The notes under the pieces are model-generated. The model was not told where the DNA came from. It was given only the letters and a program-made list of their open reading frames with translations, and made no database searches. This document shows, piece by piece, positions 58,101 through 64,000 of a DNA stretch of 64,000 nucleotides; the stretch's first letter is position 1, and each line of letters starts with the position of its first letter. The DNA lies in NCBI RefSeq assembly GCF_032116555.1, contig NZ_CP134949.1, positions 682,001 to 746,000 of the forward strand. Direction: 5' to 3'. Origin of the DNA: Halorarum halobium (GTDB lineage: Archaea > Halobacteriota > Halobacteria > Halobacteriales > Haloferacaceae). The position numbers and the translations under genes are program-made.

Positions 58101-59711
58101 TTTCCAGAGGTGAAGGGGGTGGAGCGGTGACAGGACGAGTTCACGGTCGTCTTCGTATTCGAAGATGATCGTGTCGAAGAGGAGGAAGTCGGAGAGGAGT
58201 TTCGAGGATCCTTCGGAGCTTACGTTCTGGATTTCACGGTACTGCTTGTCCAGTTTGTCCTGGACTTCTCGGTATGCCTCGATGTACTCTTCTGCAGACT
58301 CAAGCAGGTCTTCGTCACCGAGTAGCCGGATCAGCGGTGCTGACAGGAGGCCGGGTAGTGCGTCGACGAGTTCGGTCCGTGCTTCTACGTACCGGTTGAT
58401 TGAGTCGACGAGGTCCTCGAATTTCCCGGTGTTTTCAGCTACCTTTCGGAGTTTTTCGAAGGCGCTGTCCTCTTCACGCGGGTTGAACTGTTCTGTTTCG
58501 AGGGCTTGGAAGTTCTTGATGGCGTCTTGCTTGTCTTCGGGGTTGTGGATGATTCCGCCGAAGGATTCCTCTGTGACGAAGTGGTCGACGAAGTAGTACA
58601 GGTCGTCGTTGACGTCGAAGGCGAGCTGTTCGTCGCCTGTGAACTCGATGTCGATCCTGTTCTCTTCGTCTTCTATGGCTTCCCGGTATTTCTCGTCGAA
58701 CTCGCTGGAAACTCGTTCCAGTTCTTCGTCCTCTCCGTCGAACACGGCTTCGACTCCGGCGGATTCACTGTCTCGACGGGTGCTGGTTGTGGATCGGCGG
58801 GAAGAGGAGGAGCCGGATGTAGAGAAGATCTCGTCGACCTCGTTGTAGGTGAGGTCGGCCAGGATATCGGAGTCTCCAGTCCGTTCGAATCTTCGGAGTT
58901 TGGCGACGGCTTCTTCTCGTTCTTCCCTGTTTGCGTCGTCGACCTTGGTGACGCTGTTTGTCAGGCGTCGTCGGTCCGTGTTCGACATGTGGGAGACCCG
59001 GAGTACGAGGTCGAGGTTGTCGGAGAGCCGGTCAGGGATTTGGTCTGGGTTGTTCAGCCCGGGGTCGTTGAAGAGTCGAAGCCGATGGAGTTCGGTTCCA
59101 AGGGCGTCGAGGGATGCCTGTTCGTTGTCCTGTAGGGTGGCGTTTGCGTAGTCTGCTATGGCAGGGATTTCGAACCTGTCGTAGAGGCTGGATCCGAGGG
59201 TTTCCCAGATTGCTTGGGCTGGGGGACTGTCGGTGAACTGGTCGTGTGCCTGCATCCGGTCAGTGATTTCCCGGGTGATCTCTGCCAGCGGCAGATCAAC
59301 CATGCCCTCGAAGTCTTTCATCGAGTTCAGCCGGGCGTGGTCGCCACGGACCAGGATTACCAGCTTCTCGGGTTCTATCCTCCCGTCCCAATCGAAATCG
59401 GTCTGCGTGCCGTTACGCCAGTTGACAGCGACACTGACCTTGTCGGTTATTCGGACTGAGGAACCGTCGGCTTGGGACTGAAGGGAGTTAACATCGGCTT
59501 CATCAATGCTCACCATTGCCAGGCCGACATCGTACCTGGTGCTACTGCAGAGTGTTTCGACGAATGCCTCGGCGTCGAACCGGGGCGGAGACTCGATGAT
59601 GACACCGATGTTCTCCTCGGTCAATTGGTCGACCGTCTCGCTGCCGATCGCTTCTCCGATTAGCTCCTCGTTGGTTTGATACGAGCCGTTCTGGGATTGG
59701 GATTCACTCAT
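55104..59711 (-). CDS. DndH/SspH-like large protein: PD-(D/E)XK-like domain + C-terminal FtsK/SpoIIIE translocase
   Basis: 1535 aa; PLHPL, RADIL...IIEIK, acidic linker, FtsK core (VGPNV, APHMLVGGATGGGKT, LVDPK, IIDEYSDL, STQRP, GAEELGGDGDML). Confidence 0.75.
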   Translation of the reverse strand: MSESQSQNGSYQTNEELIGEAIGSETVDQLTEENIGVIIESPPRFDAEAFVETLCSSTRYDVGLAMVSIDEADVNSLQSQADGSSVRITDKVSVAVNWRNGTQTDFDWDGRIEPEKLVILVRGDHARLNSMKDFEGMVDLPLAEITREITDRMQAHDQFTDSPPAQAIWETLGSSLYDRFEIPAIADYANATLQDNEQASLDALGTELHRLRLFNDPGLNNPDQIPDRLSDNLDLVLRVSHMSNTDRRRLTNSVTKVDDANREEREEAVAKLRRFERTGDSDILADLTYNEVDEIFSTSGSSSSRRSTTSTRRDSESAGVEAVFDGEDEELERVSSEFDEKYREAIEDEENRIDIEFTGDEQLAFDVNDDLYYFVDHFVTEESFGGIIHNPEDKQDAIKNFQALETEQFNPREEDSAFEKLRKVAENTGKFEDLVDSINRYVEARTELVDALPGLLSAPLIRLLGDEDLLESAEEYIEAYREVQDKLDKQYREIQNVSSEGSSKLLSDFLLFDTIIFEYEDDRELVLSPLHPLHLWKYSELARGVNDEHESLTEEERNFLIDSVEEQPHVLRSIHVGGNYRLGEETYLVQSAELDRLPVYTRIDNAAEGTNSKFYDYVLNKFVSAYPPSQRQLRISVIDPLDPIDLLEDIVDLADKEKIQGATVEFVFIEDEEKPVLNGTVSPQTSEDIINLFGPDNDSGNFEIVTTEHTSYDSYAEDLTGDPKHFILLNDQSNFSIQTFERDADTNIHPLYVPKEFDYDLLEDKINISPSKEGVLFSEYQDLINQLYNQRQAIHNAEINELNVDKETIDKLLDSGIWVSISSPPMNGNPFWKENLISRERRGDRDFATYSEDIDYFRRVLRRIINEYRLAPDDTDLEEIAERIADLQQSGLLRLITRETLGSGKSRNTKGLLGSIIAVQWLQQTLADPKLIFSIDNPRTREWLNLGDSESRADILTVQFDDDGGLILDIIEIKTLEETSSAYTISRDEDTPVIKGSAVDQVFETTDTIRGLFTGDSNITTSPRKEALREQLYYELTSAEAMEGKQEWADRINDVFKGDAQIEINPRIISVEVTDEGTSDERIDGVTPNAQSIRLDRLPRQSIKRLIVSGIEDREEKQQDQDTEEPDVEEDVEEEIEEETEPDESEDEVGEDEETDEEDEEETEVEAKPTKRFGDPEEYSELVETLKRVLNDFKINIRDIDPDDIEVGPNVVRFKIRLAAGEKQSPLEQRTEDIAREMAFEKEPIVQRLPGTEYVALDVPRENNVAVPLRDYRDQYLPSNEIDTASLPYLAGVTPDGEVYRSDLSEAPHMLVGGATGGGKTVFLYSLIFNFIEQKGEDNVEFALVDPKETDFIFFDALPNLANGEVITDSEDAADLFEWLVDEEIPRRKQLLRESVCRDIGEYNEQNPDDQMKPIVVIIDEYSDLLQQLGEDADDTEDNVRRIAQIARAQGVHLVISTQRPSHEAIDTDLRANLDTRVAFRLPKQSDSRILIDEGGAEELGGDGDMLLKEADRTTRLQGLYVDSDDIRELINQYR

Positions 59712-61210
59712 TGTTCCACCTCGGGGACAGAGACAATCGTGACGCCGTCCGCGTATTCCTCAGCGTATCCGAGGCTGGACACGGCTTCTTTGAAGCCCTC
59801 GTAGTTTTGGTTGTTCAGGGGGTCGCTTTCTGAAGCACTGGCACCGAGCCTGATGTCCCATTCGGCCAGGTGGCTTCGGTCTTCTTCGGTGCCGCCAACG
59901 ATGATTCCGTACCGCTGACGGAGTTCCTCGGACAGTTCCTGGAGAGACATCCGTTTTCCAGGTTCAATGACCGAGAGGATGATAGGTTCAAGCATCTCGG
60001 GATCGGGCTGATAGCGGCGCTTGTTTGCCCGGTTTCCACGTGGCTTGAGAAGCCCTGCACGCCAGGCGTACGCTTGCGCAGTGGCCTGCGGGGTGTAGGT
60101 GTCGAACCGGTTCGAGAAGTCGTGGATAACGTTACTGACCGCGTCCACTAACCTGTTGAACGTGGTGTCCTCCTCGGGGTCGCGGGATGCCCGGAATACC
60201 TGCTCAAACTTTTCGTAGTCCTCGTCGATTTTATCATCCTTCTTCCGGTTGAGATCCAGGAAGTTTTGGTTCTCGATTTCGCGCAGGACGTCGTCTTCGC
60301 TGTAGTCTTTGTAGCCGTCTCGGTCGAGGACCTTTTTGACGCCGAGCCGGGTAGCTAACTGGACTTCTGACCCGACGACGCGGAAGGATTCGAGGCTGGC
60401 GTCGGCAACCGGGTTGTTCCTGTTTCCGGTGTAGTTGAAGACGAGTGGGACAGGCTCATCTTTGCCTTCGTCTTCCCGGATCTCGTTGTGCCGGTTGGCC
60501 ATGTAGACGTACATCAGGAATCCGCCGAACTTGACGACTCGGCGGAGATCTCGGGCATAGTTCAGGTCGTAGTCGCCGTTGGAATCCTTGAGGTGTTTCG
60601 ACAGGGTTTCGAATCCGTCTACGAACTCTTCCGCGATTTGGCCGTCGTCGAATGCGTCACCGAGGACAGGTTCATCCCAAGGTGAGACGGTGACGGTGTC
60701 CGTCTCTCCGTCCTTTGCGAGGGGGCGGAAGAGTAGGGAGATGGCGTCGTGGTGATCGCGGAGCTGGTCCGTGAGTTTCTGCTCGATGTCGCTGTTAGAC
60801 TCCTGCATCACCGTGTAGATGAATCGAGATGGAGAGACACCGATGGTCCTGTATGCGATGAACCAGTCGCTCATCGAGGTCATGGCGGACCAATGCGGTG
60901 TGCTGGTGTACAGGGCGTTGTCGTTGTCCAGGACCTTCCGCATCCGGCGACGGAGATTGTCCAGTTGCTCGTCGCTCAGGTCACGCGATGATTCGAACAG
61001 GTCGTGGTATTTCTCGTCGAGTTCGCTGGAAGGAGAGCTTCCAGGTTTGTCGACGAACGTGATGAGGTCTTCCGACTGGTGGGTTGATCCTAAGACGTTG
61101 CTGAAGATTACCTGGGCCAGGTGAACCGGCTTTGTGGAGGTGGATGTGGCTTTGAAGCCGAAGGCGGCTATCGATGCGTCACCGTTCACGTCGTTGAGTC
61201 TCATTGGCAT
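59708..61210 (-). CDS. DndG/SspG-like protein
   Basis: About 500 aa, middle gene position, C-terminal ELRQRYGIIVG...LGYAEEYADG..V motif. Confidence 0.55.
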   Translation of the reverse strand: MPMRLNDVNGDASIAAFGFKATSTSTKPVHLAQVIFSNVLGSTHQSEDLITFVDKPGSSPSSELDEKYHDLFESSRDLSDEQLDNLRRRMRKVLDNDNALYTSTPHWSAMTSMSDWFIAYRTIGVSPSRFIYTVMQESNSDIEQKLTDQLRDHHDAISLLFRPLAKDGETDTVTVSPWDEPVLGDAFDDGQIAEEFVDGFETLSKHLKDSNGDYDLNYARDLRRVVKFGGFLMYVYMANRHNEIREDEGKDEPVPLVFNYTGNRNNPVADASLESFRVVGSEVQLATRLGVKKVLDRDGYKDYSEDDVLREIENQNFLDLNRKKDDKIDEDYEKFEQVFRASRDPEEDTTFNRLVDAVSNVIHDFSNRFDTYTPQATAQAYAWRAGLLKPRGNRANKRRYQPDPEMLEPIILSVIEPGKRMSLQELSEELRQRYGIIVGGTEEDRSHLAEWDIRLGASASESDPLNNQNYEGFKEAVSSLGYAEEYADGVTIVSVPEVEQ

Positions 61211-61216
61211 CGGTGG

Positions 61217-62770
61217 TCACCTCCGCTCCATCTGGTACCGGTCATCGTTGACTGTCAAGATCTCGAGGTCGCCGGTTTCAGCATCCATGATGTGAACGGT
61301 GCCGTAGTCCTCGTCGTGGCTTTCTCTGTACTCGATTTCCTCCATGAACTCCAGGAGTTGCTGTTCTTCCTCCCTGCCACGGAGGACGTAGGGAATGTTT
61401 CCTTCGAGTGCGCCCAGTGTTTCGGAGAGATCTGGGTCGATCCGGAGTCTGACCGTGGAGTTCCGGCCTTCGTATTCCAGGACGTGGTGGTCGTGGTTGT
61501 AGTCCATCGCTTCCCTGATTTCAGGGTGTAGCTCCGGGACCCGCCGGTTGAGTTCCCGTTTGGGGATCTCGGTGCGGGAGATGAGTGAGAGGGAGCTCTT
61601 CGACCGGTAGTTGTGGGAGAGCCAGACGCGGAGATCTGAGCCTTTCGAGGAGTCTGGCATGAAGTAGCCGTTGATCATCTCTATGACGTCCTCTTTCACG
61701 CTTTCATCTGGGCGTTCCCGGTTGCGTTGCTCGTGGAAGGAGTAGTTGGTTTCGTGGTAGAGATCGCGTGCGTCGAACTTCTCGATATGGGTGTCTTCGA
61801 AGTAGAACTGGCGTTTCTTCTGGATGAAGTGCTGGTCGACTTCATCTGCGGCGTCGTCGGTGTCTCCTTGTGGGATCTCTTCTTCTGCGTCGGCCCACAG
61901 CTTGCTGTCGATGAATGGGTGAGTTAGGTCGCGGGGATGGAAGTTCTCGTTGAGTAGTGTGAAGATTTTCCCGCTGCCGCTGAACGCCAGGTTGTAGTAC
62001 TTCAGTTCTTCGTTGAAGTCGGTGACGCTCCGGTCTTTTGCGCCTGTGATGCAGTACGCGAGGAAGTTGAGTAGGTCTCGGACGGTTACGTGGGCATCGA
62101 GCTTGCCGACGGACTGTAGGAGACGGACGATGTTGTCCCTGACCCGGTCGTTTCGGATCTTGTCCATGTTGTAGGAGATGTGTCCGTCAATGTCGTCGCC
62201 GTTGGGCTCTTTCAGGAACTTGGATGAGGTCAGGTTCTCGATAGCCTGGACGATGACTTTCCGGGTGAGGATGTTCCGGTTGTTGAGGTCAATGACGGTG
62301 ATGGAGTCAAAGTCTGCTTCGTCTGCTTGGCTATCGTCGTAGATAATCTGGTTCTGGAACTGGTCCCTGACTTCTTCGAGGAAGTCGTACTGGTCCGAGT
62401 GCCGGGTCGTCATCTCGTACAAGGGACCGTCGTTGATAGCGAGCACTCCGGGCCGGCCCGCGTCAAGCGCGTCTTGCCACTTGTCGAGAAGGATGGTGTA
62501 GTCGTCGTATTCAGAGGCGTCGGAGAGGTAGAAGTAGTCTGGTTCGGGATAGTCCGGTTCCATCTGAAGGATGTACTGGGTTTTCCCGTCCCCTGGGTTT
62601 CCGGTGAGTACGACCTGCTTGCCGTCGTCCAGGGCGTCTTCCAGGTATCCGTCGAGGCGTGTGGTGATGTGTATCTCGCGGCGTTGTTCTTCAGTCAGCT
62701 TCTCTGCGAATCCTCCCTGAGCGAGTTGGGAGAGGAATCGCAGATCAAGTGTCGATGCTTCGATACCCAT
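61217..62770 (-). CDS. DndF/SspF-like P-loop ATPase
   Basis: VVLTGNPGDGKT, SDAS, LAINDGPL, IDLNNR, TVRDLLNF motifs. Confidence 0.65.
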   Translation of the reverse strand: MGIEASTLDLRFLSQLAQGGFAEKLTEEQRREIHITTRLDGYLEDALDDGKQVVLTGNPGDGKTQYILQMEPDYPEPDYFYLSDASEYDDYTILLDKWQDALDAGRPGVLAINDGPLYEMTTRHSDQYDFLEEVRDQFQNQIIYDDSQADEADFDSITVIDLNNRNILTRKVIVQAIENLTSSKFLKEPNGDDIDGHISYNMDKIRNDRVRDNIVRLLQSVGKLDAHVTVRDLLNFLAYCITGAKDRSVTDFNEELKYYNLAFSGSGKIFTLLNENFHPRDLTHPFIDSKLWADAEEEIPQGDTDDAADEVDQHFIQKKRQFYFEDTHIEKFDARDLYHETNYSFHEQRNRERPDESVKEDVIEMINGYFMPDSSKGSDLRVWLSHNYRSKSSLSLISRTEIPKRELNRRVPELHPEIREAMDYNHDHHVLEYEGRNSTVRLRIDPDLSETLGALEGNIPYVLRGREEEQQLLEFMEEIEYRESHDEDYGTVHIMDAETGDLEILTVNDDRYQMERR

Positions 62771-62808
62771 ATTTATCTTGGATGTGGTGACCGAGTATTT
62801 CCGACCTG

Positions 62809-64000
62809 TTAACTGTTGCTTATAATGAACTCCCCAAGGCTGGTCTGACGCTTGTCGAAGTCGATTTCACTGCTTAACTTGAAGTCCTGTTTGTCAAATT
62901 CATGGATGTTTTCGAGGATGTCTGTTTTCTGGGCTCGCATACTGGCCCACCGGTCGATCCAGTGCTGGTAGATTGATTGCTGCTCCTGTTCCGGATCTTC
63001 GAACGGCCAGTAGTACTCGGGGTCGTCGTCTATTCCCAATAGGTAGTCCTGGGCGTTTTCGGCGAGATCGATGCCGTAGACGATACGCCGTGATTCGTGC
63101 TTGAGCAGGTCGGTTTCCAGTCCGCAGTTCTTCAATCCTCGCCGGATCTTGCGGATGCGGGGGGAGACGCCTTCTCCAAATCTACCTCGGACGACTTTCC
63201 GACCTTCCTCAAATTGGGTGACTTGACTTAGTCGCTTCCTGGTCTTCGGCCCAAATTGGATTGAGCCGTATCCCTCAGTGTATCCGATCTGGTCGTACTC
63301 GATCCGGCCTCTCTCGGTCGGGACTCTCACCCGGTCATACTGGGCGCTTCCAATCTCGAATAGTCCGGTTGTGTCGAGGAAGACCAGCTCATTCGGCTTC
63401 GTCAACGCTTCTCCTTTCATCGAGCTGGCGATCTCGCTCTGGTTATCGCCGTATTTGTCCTGGTACATGTTGATGACCTTTGGACCGGTCAAGGCCATCG
63501 CCACGAGTTTGCCACCCAGGATACGATTGTAGGGCGGGATAGCACCGCAGACCATGATGTTCATCATACCGGCCCCGACGCGCTCCTTCTTGAGCTCTTT
63601 CAGAGCGGTTTTGATAGCCCGGCGTCCGGACTCGTTGTTCAATCCGGTGTGGATGAACTCCTCGTCGTCCTGGTCGCTGTGTTCTTGGAAGTACTTCCTG
63701 TCTCGCAGGAGTTTCTGAAGTGCGCGTGCCCGCTTCTTCCTGAACAGGGCTGTCTCGCTGCGGTCCTCCCAGGAGTCCATCTTCTCCGGGTTTTCGTCTT
63801 CCCCGTCTTCGATGGTCTGCTCGGCTTGCTGCTCGATTTCTTCCAGGATTTCGATAACCTGTTCATCAGGGTTAACGAAGCTTTCGTCGGACAGTTCCGG
63901 ATGCTCCTCGACGAAGTCGTCGTACCGGATGTTGGCGATCGCGTTCCTGATGGAGTCCACTAGAGCTTCACGTATATCGGAGCAGAACTGGCTGACCCGT
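62809..64000 (-). CDS. DUF4338 / DruA-like protein, 5'-truncated by window
   Basis: MMNIMVCGAIPPYNRILGGKLVAM, DTTGLF...SAQYDR, IGYTEGYG; frame open to the window edge. Confidence 0.8.
   Translation of the reverse strand, partial: RVSQFCSDIREALVDSIRNAIANIRYDDFVEEHPELSDESFVNPDEQVIEILEEIEQQAEQTIEDGEDENPEKMDSWEDRSETALFRKKRARALQKLLRDRKYFQEHSDQDDEEFIHTGLNNESGRRAIKTALKELKKERVGAGMMNIMVCGAIPPYNRILGGKLVAMALTGPKVINMYQDKYGDNQSEIASSMKGEALTKPNELVFLDTTGLFEIGSAQYDRVRVPTERGRIEYDQIGYTEGYGSIQFGPKTRKRLSQVTQFEEGRKVVRGRFGEGVSPRIRKIRRGLKNCGLETDLLKHESRRIVYGIDLAENAQDYLLGIDDDPEYYWPFEDPEQEQQSIYQHWIDRWASMRAQKTDILENIHEFDKQDFKLSSEIDFDKRQTSLGEFIISNS

Larger units (their letters stand above)
5100..64000. mobile_element. 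integrated element / genomic island (integrated plasmid- or ICE-like), continues past window end
   Basis: Abrupt drop in GC and change of codon usage near 5.1 kb; tyrosine integrase, cdc6 + ORB origin, HerA/VirB4-like ATPases, defence cargo. No att site identified, so the left edge is approximate. Confidence 0.85.

Noticed and set aside
1..64000. CRISPR array, rRNA, IS transposase, capsid/terminase genes
   Set aside because: No regularly spaced repeats or recognisable motifs seen by eye; divergent members could be missed.

Overview
Haloarchaeal (Halobacteria-like) DNA, judged from very acidic proteins and archaeal gene content. About 1-4.8 kb is GC-rich core chromosome: msrB 3' end, aIF-2beta with TRAM domain, ychF, a broken REC-PAS gene, a GyrI-like gene and a methyltransferase. 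From about 5.1 kb to beyond the window end is a visibly lower-GC integrated mobile element. It carries a tyrosine integrase, its own orc1/cdc6 with an ORB-flanked origin, two HerA/VirB4-like ATPases, many small plasmid/virus-type genes and an amidoligase + class II glutamine amidotransferase pair. Defence-like cargo includes a nuclease-APAZ + short prokaryotic Argonaute operon, a DUF4338(DruA-like) gene heading a DndFGH-like operon, DUF4238, ApeA-like HEPN, PIN/DUF4065 and a thymidylate-synthase-fold + metallophosphoesterase pair. The most unexpected signal read directly from the DNA is that at least ten element genes appear to start at ATT/ATC/ATA, and three more possibly at CTG, placed 5-9 nt behind strong GGTGA/GGTGG Shine-Dalgarno motifs. 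The supplied ORF track truncates or misses these genes. All family names come from recognising motifs by eye; no searches were run.
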